DNA of 32,000 nucleotides, taken from Erysipelotrichaceae bacterium MTC7. Its GTDB lineage: Bacteria; Bacillota_I; Bacilli_A; Erysipelotrichales; Erysipelotrichaceae. Every line of letters starts with the position of its first letter. Position 1 is the first letter of the stretch. The position numbers and the translations under genes were made by a program. Below the pieces are notes generated by a model, which searched no databases, was not told the DNA's origin, and worked only from the letters and a program-made list of their open reading frames with translations. Of this stretch, positions 16,516 through 25,265 are shown one piece after another. The DNA is taken from NCBI GenBank assembly GCA_001695645.1, contig LVZN01000011.1, positions 15,751-47,750 of the forward strand. The letters are read 5' to 3'.

Positions 16516-16927
16516 ACACGCTTTGATTGAGATTGATAAAACCAATGCAATTGGCTTCTGCTAGAAAATGGAACCCTAGTTTCTTATAAAAGTTTCGATG
16601 CGTTTCATCATCTTCACTTATCAACACTTTTTGATAGCAGTTTTCATATTCTTTAAGGACAAGGTTCATTAGTTTTGTGGCTAATCCTTGTCGTTGATAG
16701 TCTGGATGAACTAATAAATCTTGGATATAAATAATCGATATTCCATCACCGATGACACGAATAGTCGCAACAAGTTTATCGTTGTCACGAAGCGTATAGA
16801 CACAAAGTGCCTGTTTGTAGCAGTGGTGAATATTCTTTACTTTCTCCATGTAGAAATCCCATCCCACCTGTTTGTAAAGTTCAACAAGTTCTGCTTGTGT
16901 AGGAATAAAATTCTTTTCTAAATTCAT
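16514..16927 (-). CDS. GNAT-family N-acetyltransferase (137 aa)
   Basis: ATG 16927 preceded by AAGGAGG. Acetyl-CoA motif A is present (HPDYQRQGLATKLM). It lies 13 nt downstream of the kinase stop. Confidence 0.8.
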   Translation of the reverse strand: MNLEKNFIPTQAELVELYKQVGWDFYMEKVKNIHHCYKQALCVYTLRDNDKLVATIRVIGDGISIIYIQDLLVHPDYQRQGLATKLMNLVLKEYENCYQKVLISEDDETHRNFYKKLGFHFLAEANCIGFINLNQSV

Positions 16928-16940
16928 GGTGCCTCCTTTG

Positions 16941-18776
16941 CTACTGTTGATGAATTGGCAATTGTAAATGAATCGTATATGTCGATGGACTTTCTTTAAC
17001 ATCCATGCGGCCTTGATGAATTTCAATCACTCGTTCCATACTTTTTAGTCCAATTTGATTGCTTTCTACATGATGTTTACTTGCAATCTTGTTTTCAAAC
17101 ACAAGATGAACATATCCTTTTTTTACTTCAATTAAGATAAGGACAGGCGCATCTTTACTTGCATACTTTTGAATATTCGAGAAAATGTTATCAAATGCTC
17201 GTTTCAATAATAGCAGGTTCATGTTAATAACAAGGGATGCATCGAACTGCACTTGTTTATACACTTGATATCCCTCATGTTCTAGCAATCCACATTCTTC
17301 ATTTACATAGGCATAAAGGTTGGCAAATGGTGTTGCAACAAGTTCTGCATGCTCTTGTTTTCCATAGACCAAGAAATAGGAAAACATTTCATCTGAAAGA
17401 CTGCGAATCTGTTCAACTTTTGCCAAGGATTTATCCAAATACTCAGCATTCTTTTCTGGGTCTTTTTGGTATTTTATGATTTCCAAATAACCCAGCAAGG
17501 AAGTTAGTGGTGTGCGTAAGTCATGTGAGATTGAAGTAATTAAATCACGGTTGGATTGTTGCAAGGCTTCCTCATTCGCTAACGTGTCAATAAATGATTT
17601 ACGCATCATGTTTACATCATTAGCCAACTGTGCAACCTCATCAGTTCCATCAATCACTACTTCATGATGCAAGTTTCCATCTGCAAGGATACCAATATCT
17701 TCTTGCATCTTGCGTATTTGTGTAACTTTGTATTGCATAAAATTTAACAAGATTATCATATAGATCAACACTGCAGTTAGCACGATAGCTATTTGAAAGG
17801 GATAAACTAATGATAGCAGTGGGTAATAATAAAACGTTAAGGTGTAAAGTTGATTTGCATTTTGCACATGCAAAGATTGCACCATCGGTGTTGAAATCAC
17901 TTGTACCCCTTGTTCGTAGACTTCAAATTCATTGTAACGATTGTACGTCGCTATATGCGAGCGATCCTCATCAAAGATATCAACTCCTGTATTGGTTGGG
18001 GCGATGGATTGCAATATTTTTGTAATGTCTTTGTATTCCAATGTACTGATATCAACATCCAAAAACGTGTCTTTAACCTTTTGCTCATCAACCTCAATCA
18101 TCGTGTTATAGACGTGATTGAACATAAACTCATAGAAGGCATATTTGTTTTGGTTAGCCAACGTATAAAAGCCTAGACCCAGGCTTATCGCTAATAGGTT
18201 CACTGTGACCAGTTGAACAGACAGACGATGAAGTACTTTCCATTTACACATGCGATTTGTTAGTGTGCGAATCCAACCATTTCGATAATTACAAGTTAGT
18301 AGAATGTAACAAGCAATTCCAACTAGTAAACTAACAAACGCCACAAGCATTGCGTATGTCGCAAACAATTCGCGAAAGTTTGGCCAGCTGATTAAGATAC
18401 ACGCTTCTTGACCAACATGCAATGCATACTCTCTTTCATATCGCGCTTGAAATAATTGCGATTCATTCGGCCATATTTCACTTAACAAGAAAACCTCAAA
18501 ATCCGAGCCTAGTAGTTGAACTGCATAATCAGGAAAATCTTCATTTAAATAATGATTGATTTTTTCTTGATCCTTGTAGTTTTTGAGATCCAAATCGATG
18601 ACTTTCTGTTGCAAAACTTCAATTCGCTTTTCACTTATTTCGATACGTTGCTCTGTCATCTGGTTCGTAACACGCAAGACATCATAACGAACTGCATAGA
18701 GAAAAAAGAAACAACAAATACTCATAATAAAACAAACCAGTGCACGGACACACTTACGTAGATTACTTGATTGCAT
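16941..18776 (-). CDS. Sensor histidine kinase with four TM helices and two ~100-aa extracytoplasmic loops
   Basis: H-box SISHDLRTPLTSLLGYLE, a HAMP-like linker and a C-terminal HATPase region. Start chosen at ATG 18776 (MQSSNLRK), which overlaps the regulator stop by 14 nt. Confidence 0.85.
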   Translation of the reverse strand: MQSSNLRKCVRALVCFIMSICCFFFLYAVRYDVLRVTNQMTEQRIEISEKRIEVLQQKVIDLDLKNYKDQEKINHYLNEDFPDYAVQLLGSDFEVFLLSEIWPNESQLFQARYEREYALHVGQEACILISWPNFRELFATYAMLVAFVSLLVGIACYILLTCNYRNGWIRTLTNRMCKWKVLHRLSVQLVTVNLLAISLGLGFYTLANQNKYAFYEFMFNHVYNTMIEVDEQKVKDTFLDVDISTLEYKDITKILQSIAPTNTGVDIFDEDRSHIATYNRYNEFEVYEQGVQVISTPMVQSLHVQNANQLYTLTFYYYPLLSLVYPFQIAIVLTAVLIYMIILLNFMQYKVTQIRKMQEDIGILADGNLHHEVVIDGTDEVAQLANDVNMMRKSFIDTLANEEALQQSNRDLITSISHDLRTPLTSLLGYLEIIKYQKDPEKNAEYLDKSLAKVEQIRSLSDEMFSYFLVYGKQEHAELVATPFANLYAYVNEECGLLEHEGYQVYKQVQFDASLVINMNLLLLKRAFDNIFSNIQKYASKDAPVLILIEVKKGYVHLVFENKIASKHHVESNQIGLKSMERVIEIHQGRMDVKESPSTYTIHLQLPIHQQ

Positions 18777-19470
18777 CAAAGGTATACCCCTTTCCCCAAA
18801 CGGTTTTAATGTACGTTGGATGTTGTGGGTCATCATGAATTTTCTTTCTTAGATTTCGCATGTGAACCATCACGGTATTACTGGCACTTTGATAAAAATC
18901 CTCCTGCCAAACGGATGTGAAAATGTGCTGGATGGAGAATACTTGTCTTGGGTGATTCACCAATAAATGTAGGATTTTATATTCGATTTCCGTGCATTCA
19001 CAATCCTTGCCAGCAAGCAGTACTTTTTGACTTGCTTCATCAATCACCAATTGCCCAAAGACAAGTTGTTTATATTCTGTACTTGGACTTTCTTTTCCTT
19101 GATAGACGTAATAGCGACGCAATAGTGCTTTTACTCTTGCGGTTAGTTCATTATAAGAAAATGGCTTTGTTAAATAGTCATCTCCACCACTTGAAAATCC
19201 AAGTGTTTTATCACTTTCTGCACCCTTTGCGCTTAAAAACAAAATGGGTGCTTTACTTATTTGACGGATTTGTTGACAAGCTTGATAGCCATTGCAATCA
19301 GGCATCATAATATCAAGAATGAGCAAATCAACATCTTGACTACATTTCTCGATGGCTTCATTTCCATCTTTTGCTTCAATAACTTCATAACCTTCACTAG
19401 ATAAAAGTACGCGAATGACTTCGCGTATTTCTTGATGGTCGTCTGCAACTAGTATTTTTGTGTTTTTCAT
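18763..19470 (-). CDS. OmpR/PhoB-family response regulator
   Basis: Receiver domain (KILVADDHQEIREV, DLLILDIMMPD, LSAKG) plus a winged-helix output domain (TYIKTVWGKGYTF). Start at 19470 (MKNTKILVADD) is preferred over 19509; neither has a Shine-Dalgarno. Confidence 0.85.
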   Translation of the reverse strand: MKNTKILVADDHQEIREVIRVLLSSEGYEVIEAKDGNEAIEKCSQDVDLLILDIMMPDCNGYQACQQIRQISKAPILFLSAKGAESDKTLGFSSGGDDYLTKPFSYNELTARVKALLRRYYVYQGKESPSTEYKQLVFGQLVIDEASQKVLLAGKDCECTEIEYKILHLLVNHPRQVFSIQHIFTSVWQEDFYQSASNTVMVHMRNLRKKIHDDPQHPTYIKTVWGKGYTFDAIK

Positions 19471-19509
19471 AATTTTATTATACACAAAGATGTTTTCGAT
19501 TTCCTTCAT

Positions 19510-19560
19510 TTAAGAATTAATTAAGAATTCTTAAGAATTACTTTATCCGATTCTTAAGAA
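19510..19560. promoter_or_regulatory. Array of TTAAGAAT repeats in the divergent promoter region, a candidate response-regulator binding site
   Basis: TTAAGAAT at 19510-19517, 19521-19528 and 19531-19538 (spacing 11 and 10 bp). TTCTTAAGAA at 19551-19560. AATTCTTAAGAATT (19526-19539) is a perfect palindrome. Confidence 0.6.
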
Positions 19561-19589
19561 GTTTTTGTCATACTATACACGAGGTATTT

Positions 19590-22007
19590 ATGAGAAAACA
19601 CAAAAACTATTTGTATGTATGCATCTTTGTCTTTGCATGCATACTTCCCTTTTTCTTACATGAAAATTCAACGCTTTTTGGTTCTACAACCGATTACGCG
19701 AATCAACATATCCAAATCGCAAAGGCAATTCGTCAAGCCGTCTATGACCAGGGGTTGTTTCCAACGTTTATGGAACAATTAGGAGCCGGTCAAAACATTT
19801 ATAACTTTTCATATTACGGCTTGTTTCGTTTGGACATTCTTTTGTCTTTACTTTTACCTAGTGTTGATATGTACATCATCATTTCAAGTTATATGGTGAT
19901 CAGCTATGCCATTAGCTTATGTTTGTTTTACAAACTGCTGTGTGAACATCATTGTCGCTGGAACATCGCCTTATGCACAACCATCATGTTTGCCTTGTCC
20001 TCGTACCTTTTTCAACTACATCGTCAGATTCTTTTCGTCAATTACATGCCATTTTTACTACTTTCCTTGCTTGTAATCAAAAAAAGTAAACCCCTGTGGT
20101 TGCTTGTCCCTTTATTTGTGATGATCATCTTACACAGTTTCTTTTTCAGCATCAGTTGTGCACTTGTTCTTGGCTTGTACTATTTGTATTGCAACCAAAA
20201 TCAATTACAGCCTAGAAAACTATTTATGTTTGCTTGCATGATTGCTCTTGCATATCTTCTTAGTGGTTTTTATCTGTTACCAACAGGTCTAGCAATTCTT
20301 GCGAATAGTCGTTTTGATGGCACACAAGAAGGGCTTGCACTATACAACTTTAGCTTCAACAATTTGTTATATGACAAATATGGCATGGGTTTGTCCTACC
20401 TTTCCCTTATTTGCTTGTATCTTGGTTTAAAAGATCGAAATCTTAGAAAACTTGTAGGTATCATTTTCATGATTCTCATGGTACCTGCGATTTCTTTAGT
20501 TTTAAACTGTGGACTTTATGTACGACCTAAGGTGCTCATCCCATTTCTTCCACTCATTTTGCTACTTGTTGGACAAGTGTTAACCAAGGTTGCACAAAGA
20601 GAAATTCAGATACACATCTATGACGTTCTTCCTTTAGCAATTCCACTTGTGATCAATCATTCACCAACCATAATGGTTCTAGATGCACTCTGTAGTTTCA
20701 GTGTGATATGTCTGATGTACTACCGTAAAAAAGCAGTGTATGTACAACTTTCACTATTCACTATGGTTTCGGTCATGCTAACTAATAACCACAGCGAAAC
20801 CTATGAGAAAAAAAGTACCTATCAAAAGCTCACAACGTTGGAACAAGATCCCTTACTTTCTACCTTGGATACTAAAAACTATCGATTGGAAGATATTCGA
20901 TTTGCTTCAACAAGTGTAAATACAGCACTCACAGACATCAAACGTACAACCATGTACACCAGCATCAACAATACTACCTACAACAAGTTTTTCTATGACA
21001 CGATGTTGCAAGCGATACCCAGTCGCAATCGTGTGATTACCAGTTATCAAGAACATCCCATCTTTGCCAATCTCATGGGTATTCGCTATCTTTACACAAC
21101 AAGTGATCACATCCCTTTTGGATACGATGTATATGCCAAAGCCAATGGTGGTACGGTGTTAGAAAACAAACAAGTTCGACCCATTGCCTATGGAACCAGT
21201 CAACTGCTTAGTGAAAAGACATTTCAAAAACTTACCCCAGAGAAACAAATCAACGCTTTACAAAACTACGTGATTACAAAGGAAAGCAACCATACCAAAA
21301 CGCAGCTTGTTGCAAAAGAAATGGACCTACAATACACACTTACAAAGCAAAGTAACAATTTGCATGTTACCAAAACAAAGACTGGTTTTTCCATACAAGC
21401 CAAAAAGAAAAGCAACATGACCTTACAGTTAGAGACACCTTGTCGTGACTTGCTTATGCTTTCTTTTGATGTGAAAAACATTTCCAATATCAACAAACAA
21501 GATCTTACCATTGAAATCAATGGTGTACGAAACAAACTATCTAGTTTGCGCGCAGCGTATCCAAACAAAAACCATCGCTTTACCTATATGCTTAGCGATG
21601 CCAAAGAAATCAGTGAATTGCAACTTAGTCTATCCAAAGGGACGTATGACATCACCAATTTGAAAATATATCAGCTTCCCGCATCTACACCATTCAACTT
21701 AACACCACTTAACCTTACAACATCTTCAAACGTACTTGAAGGAACCATCAACATGGAAGATGATGGAATGTTTGTGACAAGTATCCCAATGCAAGCTGGC
21801 TTTAGCTTACGTGTAGATGGAAAAAAACAAACCATTGAAACAGTCAACACAACATTTGTAGGATGCAAACTGAGCAAAGGTAACCACCATATCGAACTGC
21901 AATTTGAACCACCAGGTCAACAACTTGGTAGTTTGATGAGTTGTTTTGGCATCCTAATTTTTATTTGTGTATACATTTTTGAAAGGAAACATCAATATGA
22001 ACATTGA
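19590..22007 (+). CDS. yfhO: YfhO-family polytopic membrane glycosyltransferase (GT-C-like)
   Basis: 805 aa. Many N-terminal TM helices, a large C-terminal extracytoplasmic domain and a terminal TM. The N-terminal FGSTTDYANQHIQ region and the overall layout match the YfhO family as I recall it. Confidence 0.75.
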   Translation: MRKHKNYLYVCIFVFACILPFFLHENSTLFGSTTDYANQHIQIAKAIRQAVYDQGLFPTFMEQLGAGQNIYNFSYYGLFRLDILLSLLLPSVDMYIIISSYMVISYAISLCLFYKLLCEHHCRWNIALCTTIMFALSSYLFQLHRQILFVNYMPFLLLSLLVIKKSKPLWLLVPLFVMIILHSFFFSISCALVLGLYYLYCNQNQLQPRKLFMFACMIALAYLLSGFYLLPTGLAILANSRFDGTQEGLALYNFSFNNLLYDKYGMGLSYLSLICLYLGLKDRNLRKLVGIIFMILMVPAISLVLNCGLYVRPKVLIPFLPLILLLVGQVLTKVAQREIQIHIYDVLPLAIPLVINHSPTIMVLDALCSFSVICLMYYRKKAVYVQLSLFTMVSVMLTNNHSETYEKKSTYQKLTTLEQDPLLSTLDTKNYRLEDIRFASTSVNTALTDIKRTTMYTSINNTTYNKFFYDTMLQAIPSRNRVITSYQEHPIFANLMGIRYLYTTSDHIPFGYDVYAKANGGTVLENKQVRPIAYGTSQLLSEKTFQKLTPEKQINALQNYVITKESNHTKTQLVAKEMDLQYTLTKQSNNLHVTKTKTGFSIQAKKKSNMTLQLETPCRDLLMLSFDVKNISNINKQDLTIEINGVRNKLSSLRAAYPNKNHRFTYMLSDAKEISELQLSLSKGTYDITNLKIYQLPASTPFNLTPLNLTTSSNVLEGTINMEDDGMFVTSIPMQAGFSLRVDGKKQTIETVNTTFVGCKLSKGNHHIELQFEPPGQQLGSLMSCFGILIFICVYIFERKHQYEH

Positions 22008-22395
22008 TAAAGAGTTAGTAAAGTACATTCTTAATGGAGGTCTTACCACCGGAGTTAATTATGTTGTGTATTTTACTTTGACGCATCTACACATGCACTA
22101 TCTACTTGCCAACAGCATTGCCTGGGTAGTCGCTGTCTTGGTTGCTTTTTACACCAATCGCCGTTGGGTCTTTAAGTCAAGTGAAGCACCAACAAAACAG
22201 TTCGTAAGCTTTGTATCCTTGCGCGCAAGTACCTTGCTTGTCGAAAACGGCTTACTGTATATCTTCATTCAGCTTTTCGCATGTGCTAGTTTACCTGCAA
22301 AAATTGCGGTAAGTATCTTTACCATCATTGCCAATTATGCGATTTGTAAAACGAAAATATTTATAAAAGGAGAACCGACTTATGGAAACAATTAG
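21997..22395 (+). CDS. GtrA-like small membrane protein (putative polyprenyl-phosphate-sugar flippase)
   Basis: 132 aa, 4 TM. LVKYILNGGLTTGVNYVVYF ... NRRWVFKS pattern of the GtrA family. ATG 21997 preceded by AAAGGAAAC; overlaps yfhO by 11 nt. Confidence 0.8.
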   Translation: MNIDKELVKYILNGGLTTGVNYVVYFTLTHLHMHYLLANSIAWVVAVLVAFYTNRRWVFKSSEAPTKQFVSFVSLRASTLLVENGLLYIFIQLFACASLPAKIAVSIFTIIANYAICKTKIFIKGEPTYGNN

Positions 22396-23311
22396 TGTTA
22401 TCGTTCCGTGTTATAACGAAGAAGAATCCATTCCTCACTTTTATGAGGAAACAAGAAAAGAACTTTTGAAAATTGAACATACGAATTACGAATTCATTTT
22501 TGTGAATGACGGAAGTAGTGACCAAACCATACATGAAATCAAATTGTTAACACTGCAAGATCCATGTTGTCATTACCTTTCCTTTTCACGAAACTTCGGA
22601 AAAGAATCGGCCATGTTTGCAGGACTACAACGAGCTAGCGGTGATTATTGTGTCATTATGGATGCAGACTTGCAACATCCACCGACCTTACTAAAAGATA
22701 TGTATCATGTCTTAAAATATGAAAACTACGATTGTGCTGCAGGAAAGCGAATGGACCGCACGGGTGAAGGTGGTATGCGAAACTTTCTTTCCAAACAGTT
22801 TTACAAAGTCATCAGTGCATTGACGAAAATGGACATGAGTGATGGTTCTGGTGATTTTCGGATGATGCGTCGTGTCGTGGTTGATGCCATTTTGGAAATG
22901 AAAGAATACAACCGATATATGAAAGGTATTTTCTCGTTTGTTGGATTTGATACCAAGTGGTTGGAATTTCACAACGTTGAACGAGTTGCTGGACAAACGA
23001 AATGGAGTTTAAAGAGTTTATTTGCTTATGCATTTGAAGGCATTTTATCGTTTTCAACCAAACCGTTGTTGCTTGCTGGTATTGTTGGTATGTTGCTATT
23101 TGCCCTTTCAACTATTCTAGGTCTTAGTATTGTGGTGCGCTTATGCTTACAAGAAAGTATCTCTGCATCCTTTTACTTACTTACCGCTCTTGTGTTTTTG
23201 AGTAGTTTGCAAATGATCTTTGTGTCCATTTTGGGACAATACATTTCCAAAGATTATTTGGAAAATAAAAAACGTCCAATTTACATCATCAAAGAAAGTG
23301 ACAATGCATGA
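22382..23311 (+). CDS. GT2 polyprenyl-phosphate glycosyltransferase (GtrB/CsbB/ArnC-like)
   Basis: ISVIVPCYNEEESI, VNDGSSD, DADLQHPP (DXD), then two C-terminal TM helices. Confidence 0.85.
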   Translation: METISVIVPCYNEEESIPHFYEETRKELLKIEHTNYEFIFVNDGSSDQTIHEIKLLTLQDPCCHYLSFSRNFGKESAMFAGLQRASGDYCVIMDADLQHPPTLLKDMYHVLKYENYDCAAGKRMDRTGEGGMRNFLSKQFYKVISALTKMDMSDGSGDFRMMRRVVVDAILEMKEYNRYMKGIFSFVGFDTKWLEFHNVERVAGQTKWSLKSLFAYAFEGILSFSTKPLLLAGIVGMLLFALSTILGLSIVVRLCLQESISASFYLLTALVFLSSLQMIFVSILGQYISKDYLENKKRPIYIIKESDNA

Positions 23312-23934
23312 TTGCTAAAATACTAGTTGCTCTCACGCTATGTTTGCAAAGCATTCCTAGCCTTAAGCCAATCGAACAAAAAAGTTTGATGATTGTTGCA
23401 CATCCAGATGATGAATCCATTTTCGCAGGTGATGAAATTCGTAAACAATCCTACATGATTGTCTGTTTAACCAATGGTGATCATCCCACACGTCGTAAAG
23501 AATTTCAGCAAATGTTAAAAGAAACCAACAATACGGGGATCATTCTTTCCTTTCCAGATAAAGTCCATGGTAAACGTAGCACTTGGTCGATGCAACAACA
23601 TGAGATAGAAGCTTCCATCGAGAGTTACATAAGCATGTATCCTTGGAAAAAAATCGTAACGCACAATCCCAAAGGTGAGTATGGTCATCAACACCATAAG
23701 CTTACCAACCAAATGGTAACAACCATTGCTACACAACATAACCTAGAACAAAAACTGTATTACTTTTCCTACTTTACCCACAAGCAAAAACCAACCTATA
23801 AAAAACAGTTAAATAAAGAAGAACGACAAGCCAAACAGAAACTATTGGAAGTGTATGCTTCCCAAAAGAAAACCGTTCACAAATTCGATCACTTTATCGA
23901 ATATGAACGGCTTGTTCCTTATCGTAATTTTTGA
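23308..23934 (+). CDS. PIG-L/LmbE-family deacetylase with a hydrophobic N-terminal segment
   Basis: MIVAHPDDESIFAGDE and GEYGHQHH zinc-site motifs. N-terminal MIAKILVALTLCLQSIPSL looks like a signal peptide or anchor. ATGA start/stop overlap with the GT2 gene. Confidence 0.8.
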   Translation: MIAKILVALTLCLQSIPSLKPIEQKSLMIVAHPDDESIFAGDEIRKQSYMIVCLTNGDHPTRRKEFQQMLKETNNTGIILSFPDKVHGKRSTWSMQQHEIEASIESYISMYPWKKIVTHNPKGEYGHQHHKLTNQMVTTIATQHNLEQKLYYFSYFTHKQKPTYKKQLNKEERQAKQKLLEVYASQKKTVHKFDHFIEYERLVPYRNF

Positions 23935-25265
23935 AACAATTGTTGAATCTCGTCTTTCCTTTGCGCATCTAGTTTTTCTAGATGCTTTTTTAAAATTGGA
24001 TGCCAGTCACGCCCACTTTCCAATTTCTGCAAACATTTTGCATCAAGCGTTGGTGTTTGTTGAAACAAGAACTCTTCTGGATATACATAACGAACAAGTA
24101 GCGCTAGTGTCAAACTATCGAGTTGTTGGAAGTATGCAAGATACTCCGACTTTGTAAATATTGACATATCTAGTATATCCAAAACATCATGAATGGATAG
24201 TTTAGAGTTTTGCAACAGTTCGATTTTATCTTTACAATCTTGTACTCCTTTGATCTGCTCAACCACTTGTAAAAACGTATCGTTGTCTATGACATGATCA
24301 ACTTGAAACTTTACTTGTTGTGTTTCTTGTACCTTGTAAATGATGAGTTGATCTAAGCTTTGATTTTGGATTCCAATTTCAAGTTCAAGTAGAAAACGCG
24401 CTTGAAACCGTAGACTGTACTGATACGTTGCTTCATCAACAAGCGTGGCAAAACGTTGATATGCAATGTTCACACATGTTGCGGCATCTTGTATTTTCAA
24501 GACAAGAAAACGTACTTCCGTCTCACTAAAAAGTAATTGGTTTGCATGTGGCAGTAAACAGGCAAAGAGTTGTTGGCGTAACAGTAATTCCATCACATTC
24601 AAACCCAAGACATGAATGCTAACGCCTTTTTGTCTTTCATACCAAGCAACTAGTGTTTTCATTTGGGCTTCGTAGCGATTACAAAAACATTGTTCAAGAT
24701 AGAAACGATTGGCATACTCGCATGCCAAGTCCAGTCCTTGCAAGCCATACATGTGATGATCCAAAGCAAGTCCATCCAACAAGGGATAATCAAAGTCTTC
24801 TTTACATAAAGTTGCTTTGTAGGTCATGTCATAACCTTCAAGAAAGGTAAAGAATTGTCTGTGCACAACATCAAGATATCGTTCATTTTCCACTGGCAAG
24901 CGTTCGCATTTTATTTGCAATGCTTGATGTTGCAACGCTTTCATTTGTTGTTCCAATATAACGATACCTTGTTGGTAATATTCATAGATACGATCAGCTT
25001 GCAATAAACGCGGATCATCTTTGTATGTTTGTACATGATCCAAGGCATAAATCACACTGCGATAGATGTTTTTATACACATAAGTTGAGACGGTTGAACT
25101 TTTCTTTTGATTGTAGCTTATAACAAGCTTGGCAGTAATGTCTTGTAACACCTCTTTGATTGCTTGCACAGCTTCTTCACTTAGAAGTTTGGCTTGTTGA
25201 AGCTGCTTTAGCAAGCTAAGAAAAGAGATCGACTTATGCTTTGTTGAAATGAGTTGATTCATCAT
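23919..25265 (-). CDS. Hypothetical protein, 448 aa, helical, no catalytic motif recognised (possibly the family annotated DUF6179)
   Basis: Long clean ORF. ATG 25265 preceded by GGTGAGGG and overlapping the upstream stop (ATGA). The family name is from memory only. Confidence 0.6.
   Translation of the reverse strand: MMNQLISTKHKSISFLSLLKQLQQAKLLSEEAVQAIKEVLQDITAKLVISYNQKKSSTVSTYVYKNIYRSVIYALDHVQTYKDDPRLLQADRIYEYYQQGIVILEQQMKALQHQALQIKCERLPVENERYLDVVHRQFFTFLEGYDMTYKATLCKEDFDYPLLDGLALDHHMYGLQGLDLACEYANRFYLEQCFCNRYEAQMKTLVAWYERQKGVSIHVLGLNVMELLLRQQLFACLLPHANQLLFSETEVRFLVLKIQDAATCVNIAYQRFATLVDEATYQYSLRFQARFLLELEIGIQNQSLDQLIIYKVQETQQVKFQVDHVIDNDTFLQVVEQIKGVQDCKDKIELLQNSKLSIHDVLDILDMSIFTKSEYLAYFQQLDSLTLALLVRYVYPEEFLFQQTPTLDAKCLQKLESGRDWHPILKKHLEKLDAQRKDEIQQLFQKLR

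Noticed and set aside
18763-19509. Response-regulator start at ATG 19509 (MKEIENIFVYNKI...)
   Set aside because: It adds 13 residues before the usual short lead-in to the receiver DD motif and has no RBS. It also lies upstream of the TATAAT at 19482-19477, and so outside any transcript that promoter would make. It is kept only as an alternative.
16721-23739. Nested or antisense ORFs in the TCS and glycosylation operons (16721-16921, 17237-17479, 17810-18176, 18552-18761, 18948-19310, 20907-21110, 21266-21568, 21671-21877, 22712-23111, 23515-23739)
   Set aside because: Same reasoning: each is fully contained in a longer gene with family motifs.
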